A stretch of DNA of 64,000 nt from Auanema rhodensis (GCA_964057225.1 OZ059897.1:1426001-1490000), one strand, 5' to 3'. Shown: positions 1 to 13,216, counted from the first letter of the stretch. The notes: generated from the sequence alone by a model not told the origin. Program-made: numbers and translations.

Positions 1-16
1 AATGTTTTTGGAAGCA

Positions 17-44
17 ATGTTGAGTGTACATGGAAACTCAACAT
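17..44. repeat. Dyad H1 (in essentially every monomer): ATGTTGAGT-N10-ACTCAACAT
   Basis: 17-25 is the exact reverse complement of 36-44. Confidence 0.95.
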
Positions 45-118
45 ACACTAATGCATCATTTTTCAAACGATCATAACTAATTTTTGTATTGAGCGTTTCT
101 TAATGTAGTATAGTGCAT

Positions 119-185
119 TCGATGCGGATTTTTAAGCTGCGTCGATCTGTGTTATCAGATTTGAGTTAGCTTAAAAATGCACCGA
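119..185. repeat. Dyad H2: long imperfect inverted repeat, core ATTTTTAAGCT ... AGCTTAAAAAT with inner ATCTG/CAGAT
   Basis: 128-138 and 168-178 are exact reverse complements. 145-149 pairs with 156-160. Outer TCGATGC/GCACCGA pairs with one mismatch after a GG bulge. Some monomer subtypes weaken the left arm. Confidence 0.9.
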
Positions 186-195
186 GATATCAACT

Positions 196-217
196 GATAT
201 AAGTTCACACTTATATC
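196..217. repeat. Dyad H3: GATATAAGT-TCAC-ACTTATATC
   Basis: 196-204 is the exact reverse complement of 209-217, with a 4-nt loop. Confidence 0.95.
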
Positions 218-313
218 CTCGATTTTCACCCTGAAGAATTAATTTTTTCGTTGAAAAACATTGTCCATGGTCTTCGCCTTAGAAAAAGGAAATTAGAAAC
301 ATTTACTTTCTGT

Positions 314-345
314 AAAATTATCTTGAAATTTTTCGGGATAATTTT
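314..345. repeat. Dyad H4: AAAATTATCTTGAAATTTTTCGGGATAATTTT near-palindrome
   Basis: 314-322 and 337-345 are exact reverse complements in subtype A, and inner GAAA/TTTC pairs. Other subtypes have one or more mismatches. Confidence 0.85.
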
Positions 346-3300
346 TGTCAAAATGTTTTTGGAAGCAATGTTGAGTGTACATGGAAACTCAACATACACT
401 AATGCATCATTTTTCAAACGATCATAACTAATTTTTGTATTGAGCGTTTTTTAATGTAGTATAGTGCATTCGATGCGGATTTTTAAGCTGCGTCGATCTG
501 TGTTATCAGATTTGCGCTAGCTTAAAAATGCACCGAGATATCAACTGATATAAGTTCACACTTATATCCTCGATTTTCACCCTGAAGAATTAATTTTTTC
601 GTTAAATAACATTGTCCATCGTCTTCGCCTTGAAAACAGAAATCTAAAAACATCTACTTTTTGTAAAATTATCTTGAAATTTTTTGGGGAAATTTTTGTC
701 AAAATGTTTTTGGAAGCAATGTTGAGTGTACATGGAAACTCAACATACACTAATGCATCATTTTTCAAACAATCATAAATAATTTTTGTATTGAGCGTTT
801 ATCAATGTAGTATAGTGCATTCGATGCGGATTTTTAAGCTGCGTCGATCTGTGTTATCAGATTTGAGTTAGCTTAAAAATGCACCGAGATATCAACTGAT
901 ATAAGTTCACACTTATATCCTCGATTTTCACCCTGAAGAATTAATTTTTTCGTTGAAAAACATTGTCCATGGTCTTCGCCTTAAAAAAAGGAAATTAGAA
1001 ACATTTACTTTCTGTAAAATTATCTTGAAATTTTTCGGGATAATTTTTGTCAAAATGTTTTTGGAAGCAATGTTGAGTGTACATGGAAACTCAACATACA
1101 CTAATGCATCATTTTTCAAACAATCATAAATAATTTTTGTATTGAGCGTTTTTCAATGTAGTATAGTGCATTCGATGCGGATTTTTAAGCTGCGTCGATC
1201 TGTGTTATCAGATTTGAGTTAGCTTAAAAATGCACCGAGATATCAACTGATATAAGTTCACACTTATATCCTCGATTTTCACCCTGAAGAATTAATTTTT
1301 TCGTTGAAAAACATTGTCCATGGTCTTCGCCTTAAAAAAAGGAAATTAGAAACATTTACTTTCTGTAAAATTATCTTGAAATTTTTCGGGATAATTTTTG
1401 TCAAAATGTTTTTGGAAGCAATGTTGAGTGTACATGGAAACTCAACATACACTAATGCATCATTTTTCAAACAATCATAAATAATTTTTGTATTGAGCGT
1501 TTTTCAATGTAGTATAATGCATTCGATGCGGATTTTTAAGCTGCGTCGATCTGTGTTATCAGATTTGAGTTAGCTTAAAAATGCACCGAGATATCAACTG
1601 ATATAAGTTCACACTTATATCCTCGATTTTCACCCTGAAGAATTAATTTTTTCGTTGAAAAACATTGTCCATGGTCTTCGCCTTCAAAAAAGGAAATTAG
1701 AAACATTTACTTTCTGTAAAATTATCTTGAAATTTTTCGGGATAATTTTTGTCAAAATGTTTTTGGAAGCAATGTTGAGTGTACATGGAAACTCAACATA
1801 CACTAATGCATCATTTTTCAAACAATCATAACTAATTTTTGTATTGAGCGTTTCTTAATGTAGTATAGTGCATTCGATGCGGATTTTTAAGCTGCGTCGA
1901 TCTGTGTTATCAGATTTGAGTTAGCTTAAAAATGCACCGAGATATCAACTGATATAAGTTCACACTTATATCCTCGATTTTCACCCTGAAGAATTAATTT
2001 TTTCGTTGAAAAACATTGTCCATGGTCTTCGCCTTAGAAAAAGGAAATTAGAAACATTTACTTTCTGTAAAATTATCTTGAAATTTTTCGGGATAATTTT
2101 TGTCAAAATGTTTTTGGAAGCAATGTTGAGTGTACATGGAAACTCAACATACACTAATGCATCATTTTTCAAACGATCATAACTAATTTTTGTATTGAGC
2201 GTTTCTTAATGTTGTATAGTGCATTCGATGCGGATTTTTAAGCTGCGTCGATCTGTTTTATCCGATTTGCGCTAGCTTAAAAATGCACCGAGATATCAAC
2301 TGATATAAGTTCACACTTATATCCTCGATTTTCACCCTGAAGAATTAATTTTTTCGTTAAATAACATTGTCCATCGTCTTCGCCTTGAAAACAGAAATCT
2401 AAAAACATCTACTTTTCGTAAAATTATCTTGAAATTTTTCAGGAAAATTTTTGTCAAAATGTTTTTGGAAGCAATGTTGAGTGTACATGGAAACTCAACA
2501 TACACTAATGCATCATTTTTCAAACGATCATAACTAATTTTTGTATTGAGCGTTTCTTAATGTTGTATAGTGCATTCGATGCGGATTTTTAAGCTGCGTC
2601 GATCTGTCTTATCCGATTTGCGCTAGCTTAAAAATGCACCGAGATATCAACTGATATAAGTTCACACTTATATCCTCGATTTTCACCCTGAAGAATTAAT
2701 TTTTTCGTTGAATAACATTGTCCATCGTCTTCGCCTTAAAAAAAAGAATCTAAAAACATCTACTTTTTGTAAAATTATTTTGAAAATTTTTGGGGAAATT
2801 TTTGTCAAAATGTTTTTGGAAGCAATGTTGAGTGTACATGGAAACTCAACATACACTAATGCATCATTTTTCAAACAATCATAAATAATTTTTGTATTGA
2901 GCGTTTATCAATGTAGTATAGTGCATTCGATGCGGATTTTTAAGCTGCGTCGATCTGTGTTATCAGATTTGAGTTAGCTTAAAAATGCACCGAGATATCA
3001 ACTGATATAAGTTCACACTTATATCCTCGATTTTCACCCTGAAGAATTAATTTTTTCGTTGAAAAACATTGTCCATGGTCTTCGCCATAAAAAAAGGAAA
3101 TTAGAAACATTTACTTTCTGTAAAATTATCTTGAAATTTTTCGGGATAATTTTTGTCAAAATGTTTTTGGAAGCAATGTTGAGTGTACATGGAAACTCAA
3201 CATACACTAATGCATCATTTTTCAAACAATCATAAATAATTTTTGTATTGAGCGTTTTTCAATGTAGTATAGTGCATTCGATGCGGATTTTTAAGCTGCG

Positions 3301-6300
3301 TCGATCTGTGTTATCAGATTTGAGTTAGCTTAAAAATGCACCGAGATATCAACTGATATAAGTTCACACTTATATCCTCGATTTTCACCCTGAAGAATTA
3401 ATTTTTTCGTTGAAAAACATTGTCCATGGTCTTCGCCTTAAAAAAAGGAAATTAGAAACATTTACTTTCTCTAAAATTATCTTGAAATTTTTCAGGAAAA
3501 TTTTTGTCAAAATGTTTTTGGAAGCAATGTTGAGTGTACATGGAAACTCAACATACACTAATGCATCATTTTTCAAACGATCATAACTAATTTTTGTATT
3601 GAGCGTTTCTTAATGTTGTATAGTGCATTCGATGCGGATTTTTAAGCTGCGTCGATCTGTCTTATCCGATTTGCGCTAGCTTAAAAATGCACCGAGATAT
3701 CAACTGATATAAGTTCACACTTATATCCTCGATTTTCACCCTGAAGAATTAATTTTTTCGTTGAATAACATTGTCCATCGTCTTCGCCTTAAAAAAAAGA
3801 ATCTAAAAACATCTACTTTTTGTAAAATTATCTTGAAATTTTTTGGGGAAATTTTTGTCAAAATGTTTTTGGAAGCAATGTTGAGTGTACATGGAAACTC
3901 AACATACACTAATGCATCATTTTTCAAACAATCATAAATAATTTTTGTATTGAGCGTTTATCAATGTAGTATAGTGCATTCGATGCGGATTTTTAAGCTG
4001 CGTCGATCTGTGTTATCAGATTTGAGTTAGCTTAAAAATGCACCGAGATATCAACTGATATAAGTTCACACTTATATCCTCGATTTTCACCCTGAAGAAT
4101 TAATTTTTTCGTTGAAAAACATTGTCCATGGTCTTCGCCTTAAAAAAAGGAAATTAGAAACATTTACTTTCTGTAAAATTATCTTGAAATTTTTCGGGAT
4201 AATTTTTGTCAAAATGTTTTTGGAAGCAATGTTGAGTGTACATGGAAACTCAACATACACTAATGCATCATTTTTCAAACAATCATAAATAATTTTTGTA
4301 TTGAGCGTTTTTCAATGTAGTATAATGCATTCGATGCGGATTTTTAAGCTGCGTCGATCTGTGTTATCAGATTTGAGTTAGCTTAAAAATGCACCGAGAT
4401 ATCAACTGATATAAGTTCACACTTATATCCTCGATTTTCACCCTGAAGAATTAATTTTTTCGTTGAAAAACATTGTCCATGGTCTTCGCCTTAAAAAAAG
4501 GAAATTAGAAACATTTACTTTCTGTAAAATTATCTTGAAATTTTTCGGGATAATTTTTGTCAAAATGTTTTTGGAAGCAATGTTGAGAGTACATGGAAAC
4601 TCAACATACACTAATGCATCATTTTTCAAACAATCATAAATAATTTTTGTATTGAGCGTTTCTCAATGTGGTATAGTGCATTCGGAACAAATGTTTAAGC
4701 TGCGTCGATCTGTCTTATCCGATTTGCGCTAGCTTAAAAATGCACCGAGATATCAACTGATATAAGTTCACACTTATATCCTCGATTTTCACCCTGAAGA
4801 ATTAATTTTTTCGTTAAATAACATTGTCCATCGTCTTCGCCTTGAAAAAAGAAATCTAAAAACATCTACTTTTCGTAAAATTATCTTGAAATTTTTCAGG
4901 AAAATTTTTGTCAAAATGTTTTTGGAAGCAATGTTGAGTGTACATGGAAACTCAACATACACTAATGCATCATTTTTCAAACGATCATAACTAATTTTTG
5001 TATTGAGCGTTTCTTAATGTTGTATAGTGCATTCGATGCGGATTTTTAAGCTGCGTCGATCTGTCTTATCCGATTTGCGCTAGCTTAAAAATGCACCGAG
5101 ATATCAACTGATATAAGTTCACACTTATATCCTCGATTTTCACCCTGAAGAATTAATTTTTTCGTTGAATAACATTGTCCATCGTCTTCGCCTTAAAAGA
5201 AAGAAGAATCTAAAAACATCTACTTTTTGTAAAATTATCTTGAAATTTTTTGGGGAAATTTTTGTCAAAATGTTTTTGGAAGCAATGTTGAGTGTACATG
5301 GAAACTCAACATACACTAATGCATCATTTTTCAAACAATCATAAATAATTTTTGTATTGAGCGTTTATCAATGTAGTATAGTGCATTCGATGCGGATTTT
5401 TAAGCTGCGTCGATCTGTGTTATCAGATTTGAGTTAGCTTAAAAATGCACCGAGATATCAACTGATATAAGTTCACACTTATATCCTCGATTTTCACCCT
5501 GAAGAATTAATTTTTTCGTTGAAAAAATTGTCCATGGTCTTCGCCTTAAAAAAAGGAAATTAGAAACATTTACTTTCTGTAAAATTATCTTGAAATTTTT
5601 CGGGATAATTTTTGTCAAAATGTTTTTGGAAGCAATGTTGAGTGTACATGGAAACTCAACATACACTAATGCATCATTTTTCAAACAATCATAAATAATT
5701 TTTGTATTGAGCGTTTTTCAATGTAGTATAATGCATTCGATGCGGATTTTTAAGCTGCGTCGATCTGTGTTATCAGATTTGAGTTAGCTTAAAAATGCAC
5801 CGAGATATCAACTGATATAAGTTCACACTTATATCCTCGATTTTCACCCTGAAGAATTAATTTTTTCGTTGAAAAACATTGTCCATGGTCTTCGCCTTAA
5901 AAAAAGGAAATTAGAAACATTTACTTTCTGTAAAATTATCTTGAAATTTTTCGGGATAATTTTTGTCAAAATGTTTTTGGAAGCAATGTTGAGTGTACAT
6001 GGAAACTCAACATACACTAATGCATCATTTTTCAAACAATCATAAATAATTTTTGTATTGAGCGTTTATCAATGTAGTATAGTGCATTCGATGCGGATTT
6101 TTAAGCTGCGTCGATCTGTCTTATCCGATTTGCGCTAGCTTAAAAATGCACCGAGATATCAACTGATATAAGTTCACACTTATATCCTCGATTTTCACTC
6201 TGAAGAATTAATTTTTTCGTTGAATAACATTGTCCATCGTCTTCGCCTTGAGAAAAGGAATCTAAGAACATCTAGTTTTTGTAAAATTATCTTGAAATTT

Positions 6301-7130
6301 TTTGGGGAAATTTTTGTCAAAATGTTTTTGGAAGCAATGTTGAGTGTACATGGAAACTCAACATACACTAATGCATCATTTTTCAAACAATCATAAATAA
6401 TTTTTGTATTGAGCGTTTCTCAATGTTATATAGTGCATTCGATGCGGATTTCTAAGCTGCGTCGATCTGTGTTATCAGATTTGCCTAGCTTAAAAATGCA
6501 CCGAGATATCAACTGATATAAGTTCACACTTATATCCTCGATTTTCACCCTGAAGAATTAATTTTTTCGTTGAATAAAATTGTCCATAGTCTTCGCAATA
6601 AGAAAAGAAATCTAAGAACATCTAGTTTTTGTAAAATTATCTTGAAATTTTTCGGGAAAATTTTTGTCAAAATGTTTTTGGAAGCAATGTTGAGTGTACA
6701 TGGAAACTCAACATACACTAATGCATCATTTTTCAAACAATCATAAATAATTTTTGTATTGAGCGTTTCTCAATGTAGTATAGTGCATTCGATGCGGATT
6801 TTCAAGCTGCGTCGATCTGTGTTATCAGATTTGCGCTAGCTTAAAAATGCACCGAGATATCAACTGATATAAGTTCACACTTATATCCTCGATTTTCACC
6901 CTGAAGAATTAATTTTTTCGTTGAATAAAATTGTCCATCGTCTTCGCAATAAGAAAAGGAATCTAAGAACATCTAGTTTTTGTAAAATTATCTTGAAAAT
7001 TTTCGGGAAAATTTTTGTTAAAATGTTTTTGGAAGCAATGTTGAGTGTACATGGAAACTCAACATACACAAATGCATCATTTTTCAAACAATCATAAATA
7101 ATTTTTGTATTGAGCGTTTCTCAATGTTAT

Positions 7131-10100
7131 ATAGTGCATTCGATGCGGATTTTCAAGCTGCGTCGATCTGTGTTATCAGATTTGCGCTAGCTTAAAAATG
7201 CACCGAGATATCAACTGATATAAGTTCACACTTATATCCTCGATTTTCACCCTGAAGAATTAATTTTTTCGTTGAATAAAATTGTCCATCGTCTTCGCAA
7301 TAAGAAAAGGAATCTAAGAACATCTAGTTTTTGTAAAATTATCTTGAAATTTTTCGGGAAAATTTTTGTTAAAATGTTTTTGGAAGCAATGTTGAGTGTA
7401 CATGGAAACTCAACATACACAAATGCATCATTTTTCAAACAATCATAAATAATTTTTGTATTGAGCGTTTCTCAATGTTATATAGTGCATTCGATGCGGA
7501 TTTCTAAGCTGCGTCGATCTGTGTTATTAGATTTGCGCTAGCTTAAAAATGCACCGAGATATCAACTGATATAAATTCACACTTATATCCTCGATTTTCA
7601 CCCTGAAGAATTAATTTTTTCGTTGAATAACATTGTCAATCGTCTTCGCCTTAAGAAAAGGAATCTAAAAACATATACTTTTCGTGAAATTATCTTGAAA
7701 TTTTTCGGGAAAATTTTTGTCAAAATGTTTTTGGAAGCAATGTTGAGTGTACATGGAAACTCAACATACACTAATGCATCATTTTTCAAACAATCATAAA
7801 TAATTTTTGTATTGAGCGTTTCTCAATGTGGTATAGTGCATTCGAAACAAATGTTTAAGCTGCGTCGATCTGTGTTATCAGATTTGCGCTAGCTTAAAAA
7901 TGCACCGAGATATCAACTGATATAAGTTCACACTTATATCCTCGATTTTCACCCTGAAGAATTAATTTTTTCGTTGAATAACATTGTCCATCGTTTTCGC
8001 CTTGAAAAAAGGAATCTAAAAACATCTACTCTTCGTTAAATTATCTTGAAATTTTTCGGGAAAATTTTTGTCAAAATGTTTTTGGAAGCAATGTTGAGTG
8101 TACATGGAAACTCAACATACACTAATGCATCATTTTTCAAACAATCATAAATAATTTTTGTATTGAGCGTTTTTCAATGTGGTATAGTGCATTCGAAACA
8201 AATGTTTAAGCTGCGTCGATCTGTGTTATCAGATTTGCGCTAGCTTAAAAATGCACCGAGATATCAACTGATATAAGTTCACACATATATCCTCGATTTT
8301 CACCCTGAAGAATTAATTTTTTCGTTGAATAACATTGTCCATCGTTTTCGCCTTGAAAAAAGGAATCTAAAAACATCTACTCTTCGTTAAATTATCTTGA
8401 AATTTTTCGGGAAAATTTTTGTCAAAATGTTTTTGGAAGCAATGTTGAGTGTACATGGAAACTCAACATACACTAATGCATCATTTTTCAAACAATCATA
8501 AATAATTTTTGTATTGAGCGTTTCTCAATGTGGTATAGTGCATTCGAAACAAATGTTTAAGCTGCGTCGATCTGTGTTATCAGATTTGCGCTAGCTTAAA
8601 AATGCACCGAGATATCAACTGATATAAGTTCACACTTATATCCTCGATTTTCACCCTGAAGAATTAATTTTTTCGTTGAATAACATTGTCCATCGTTTTC
8701 GCCTTGAAAAAAGGAATCTAAAAACATCTACTTTTCGTAAAATTATCTTGAAATTTTTCAGGAAAATTTTTGTCAAAATGTTTTTGGAAGCAATGTTGAG
8801 TGTACATGGAAACTCAACATACACTAATGCATCATTTTTCAAACGATCATAACTAATTTTTGTATTGAGCGTTTCTTAATGTTGTATAGTGCATTCGATG
8901 CGGATTTTTAAGCTGCGTCGATCTGTCTTATCCGATTTGCGCTAGCTTAAAAATGCACCGAGATATCAACTGATATAAGTTCACACTTATATCCTCGATT
9001 TTCACCCTGAAGAATTAATTTTTTCGTTGAATAACATTGTCCATCGTCTTCGCCTTAAAAAAAAGAATCTAAAAACATCTACTTTTTGTAAAATTATCTT
9101 GAAATTTTTTGGGGAAATTTTTGTCAAAATGTTTTTGGAAGCAATGTTGAGTGTACATGGAAACTCAACATACACTAATGCATCATTTTTCAAACAATCA
9201 TAAATAATTTTTGTATTGAGCGTTTATCAATGTAGTATAGTGCATTCGATGCGGATTTTTAAGCTGCGTCGATCTGTGTTATCAGATTTGCGCTAGCTTA
9301 AAAATGCACCGAGATATCAACTGATATAAGTTCACACTTATATCCTCGATTTTCACCCTGAAGAATTAATTTTTTCGTTGAAAAACATTGTCCATGGTCT
9401 TCGCCTTAAAAAAAGGAAATTAGAAACATTTACTTTCTGTAAAATTATCTTGAAATTTTTCGGGATAATTTTTGTCAAAATGTTTTTGGAAGCAATGTTG
9501 AGAGTACATGGAAACTCAACATACACTAATGCATCATTTTTCAAACAATCATAAATAATTTTTGTATTGAGCGTTTCTCAATGTGGTATAGTGCATTCGG
9601 AACAAATGTTTAAGCTGCGTCGATCTGTGTTATCAGATTTGCGCTAGCTTAAAAATGCACCGAGATATCAACTGATATAAGTTCACACTTATATCCTCGA
9701 TTTTCACCCTGAAGAATTAATTTTTTCGTTAAATAACATTGTCCATCGTCTTCGCCTCGAAAAAAGAAATCTAAAAACATCTACTTTTCGTAAAATTATC
9801 TTGAAATTTTTCAGGAAAATTTTTGTCAAAATGTTTTTGGAAGCAATGTTGAGTGTACATGGAAACTCAACATACACTAATGCATCATTTTTCAAACGAT
9901 CATAACTAATTTTTGTATTGAGCGTTTCTTAATGTTGTATAGTGCATTCGATGCGGATTTTTAAGCTGCGTCGATCTGTCTTATCCGATTTGCGCTAGCT
10001 TAAAAATGCACCGAGATATCAACTGATATAAGTTCACACTTATATCCTCGATTTTCACCCTGAAGAATTAATTTTTTCGTTGAATAAAATTGTCCATAGT

Positions 10101-13100
10101 CTTCGCAATAAGAAAAGAAATCTAAGAACATCTAGTTTTTGTAAAATTATCTTGAAATTTTTCGGGAAAATTTTTGTCAAAATGTTTTTGGAAGCAATGT
10201 TGAGTGTACATGGAAACTCAACATACACTAATGCATCATTTTTCAAACAATCATAAATAATTTTTGTATTGAGCGTTTCTCAATGTAGTATAGTGCATTC
10301 GATGCGGATTTTCAAGCTGCGTCGATCTGTGTTATCAGATTTGCGCTAGCTTAAAAATGCACCGAGATATCAACTGATATAAGTTCACACTTATATCCTC
10401 GATTTTCACCCTGAAGAATTAATTTTTTCGTTGAATAAAATTGTCCATCGTCTTCGCAATAAGAAAAGGAATCTAAGAACATCTAGTTTTTGTAAAATTA
10501 TCTTGAAATTTTTCGGGAAAATTTTTGTTAAAATGTTTTTGGAAGCAATGTTGAGTGTACATGGAAACTCAACATACACAAATGCATCATTTTTCAAACA
10601 ATCATAAATAATTTTTGTATTGAGCGTTTCTCAATGTTATATAGTGCATTCGATGCGGATTTCTAAGCTGCGTCGATCTGTGTTATTAGATTTGCGCTAG
10701 CTTAAAAATGCACCGAGATATCAACTGATATAAATTCACACTTATATCCTCGATTTTCACCCTGAAGAATTAATTTTTTCGTTGAATAACATTGTCAATC
10801 GTCTTCGCCTTAAGAAAAGGAATCTAAAAACATATACTTTTCGTGAAATTATCTTGAAATTTTTCGGGAAAATTTTTGTCAAAATGTTTTTGGAAGCAAT
10901 GTTGAGTGTACATGGAAACTCAACATACACTAATGCATCATTTTTCAAACAATCATAAATAATTTTTGTATTGAGCGTTTCTCAATGTGGTATAGTGCAT
11001 TCGAAACAAATGTTTAAGCTGCGTCGATCTGTGTTATCAGATTTGCGCTAGCTTAAAAATGCACCGAGATATCAACTGATATAAGTTCACACTTATATCC
11101 TCGATTTTCACCCTGAAGAATTAATTTTTTCGTTGAATAACATTGTCCATCGTTTTCGCCTTGAAAAAAGGAATCTAAAAACATCTACTCTTCGTTAAAT
11201 TATCTTGAAATTTTTCGGGAAAATTTTTGTCAAAATGTTTTTGGAAGCAATGTTGAGTGTACATGGAAACTCAACATACACTAATGCATCATTTTTCAAA
11301 CAATCATAAATAATTTTTGTATTGAGCGTTTTTCAATGTGGTATAGTGCATTCGAAACAAATGTTTAAGCTGCGTCGATCTGTGTTATCAGATTTGCGCT
11401 AGCTTAAAAATGCACCGAGATATCAACTGATATAAGTTCACACATATATCCTCGATTTTCACCCTGAAGAATTAATTTTTTCGTTGAATAACATTGTCCA
11501 TCGTTTTCGCCTTGAAAAAAGGAATCTAAAAACATCTACTCTTCGTTAAATTATCTTGAAATTTTTCGGGAAAATTTTTGTCAAAATGTTTTTGGAAGCA
11601 ATGTTGAGTGTACATGGAAACTCAACATACACTAATGCATCATTTTTCAAACAATCATAAATAATTTTTGTATTGAGCGTTTCTCAATGTGGTATAGTGC
11701 ATTCGAAACAAATGTTTAAGCTGCGTCGATCTGTGTTATCAGATTTGCGCTAGCTTAAAAATGCACCGAGATATCAACTGATATAAGTTCACACTTATAT
11801 CCTCGATTTTCACCCTGAAGAATTAATTTTTTCGTTGAATAACATTGTCCATCGTTTTCGCCTTGAAAAAAGGAATCTAAAAACATCTACTTTTCGTAAA
11901 ATTATCTTGAAATTTTTCAGGAAAATTTTTGTCAAAATGTTTTTGGAAGCAATGTTGAGTGTACATGGAAACTCAACATACACTAATGCATCATTTTTCA
12001 AACGATCATAACTAATTTTTGTATTGAGCGTTTCTTAATGTTGTATAGTGCATTCGATGCGGATTTTTAAGCTGCGTCGATCTGTCTTATCCGATTTGCG
12101 CTAGCTTAAAAATGCACCGAGATATCAACTGATATAAGTTCACACTTATATCCTCGATTTTCACCCTGAAGAATTAATTTTTTCGTTGAATAACATTGTC
12201 CATCGTCTTCGCCTTAAAAAAAAGAATCTAAAAACATCTACTTTTTGTAAAATTATCTTGAAATTTTTTGGGGAAATTTTTGTCAAAATGTTTTTGGAAG
12301 CAATGTTGAGTGTACATGGAAACTCAACATACACTAATGCATCATTTTTCAAACAATCATAAATAATTTTTGTATTGAGCGTTTATCAATGTAGTATAGT
12401 GCATTCGATGCGGATTTTTAAGCTGCGTCGATCTGTGTTATCAGATTTGCGCTAGCTTAAAAGTGCACCGAGATATCAACTGATATAAGTTCACACTTAT
12501 ATCCTCGATTTTCACCCTGAAGAATTAATTTTTTCGTTGAAAAACATTGTCCATGGTCTTCGCCTTAAAAAAAGGAAATTAGAAACATTTACTTTCTGTA
12601 AAATTATCTTGAAATTTTTCGGGATAATTTTTGTCAAAATGTTTTTGGAAGCAATGTTGAGAGTACATGGAAACTCAACATACACTAATGCATCATTTTT
12701 CAAACAATCATAAATAATTTTTGTATTGAGCGTTTCTCAATGTGGTATAGTGCATTCGGAACAAATGTTTAAGCTGCGTCGATCTGTGTTATCAGATTTG
12801 CGCTAGCTTAAAAATGCACCGAGATATCAACTGATATAAGTTCACACTTATATCCTCGATTTTCACCCTGAAGAATTAATTTTTTCGTTAAATAACATTG
12901 TCCATCGTCTTCGCCTCGAAAAAAGAAATCTAAAAACATCTACTTTTCGTAAAATTATCTTGAAATTTTTCAGGAAAATTTTTGTCAAAATGTTTTTGGA
13001 AGCAATGTTGAGTGTACATGGAAACTCAACATACACTAATGCATCATTTTTCAAACGATCATAACTAATTTTTGTATTGAGCGTTTCTTAATGTTGTATA

Positions 13101-13216
13101 GTGCATTCGATGCGGATTTTTAAGCTGCGTCGATCTGTCTTATCCGATTTGCGCTAGCTTAAAAATGCACCGAGATATCAACTGATATAAGTTCACACTT
13201 ATATCCTCGATTTTCA
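7131..13216. repeat. Higher-order duplication, 9-monomer period (3159 bp)
   Basis: Private SNPs recur at +3159: GTCAATCG 7638/10797 and CACATATAT 8285/11444. Subtype order is identical. Boundaries are approximate. Confidence 0.9.

Larger units (their letters stand above)
1..351. repeat. Representative monomer (subtype 'A', carries CCATGG)
   Basis: First full period. Hand count gives 58 G and 53 C in 351 bp (~31.6% GC) and 11 CpG. Confidence 0.97.

Noticed and set aside
246-262. CENP-B-box-like TTTCGTTGAAAAACATT
   Set aside because: It matches the 5' half of YTTCGTTGGAARCGGGA but lacks the essential CGGG, and it overlaps variable positions.
1-351. Tandem 5S rRNA, tRNA, snRNA or spliced-leader gene unit
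   Set aside because: No recognisable 5S sequence, tRNA cloverleaf/B-box or spliced-leader sequence on either strand. An Rfam cmscan would settle it.
1-351. Tandem MITE or Helitron-derived unit
   Set aside because: The dyads are short and internal. There are no terminal inverted repeats bounding the unit, no target-site duplications and no recognisable Helitron termini. A TE origin cannot be excluded without a database search.
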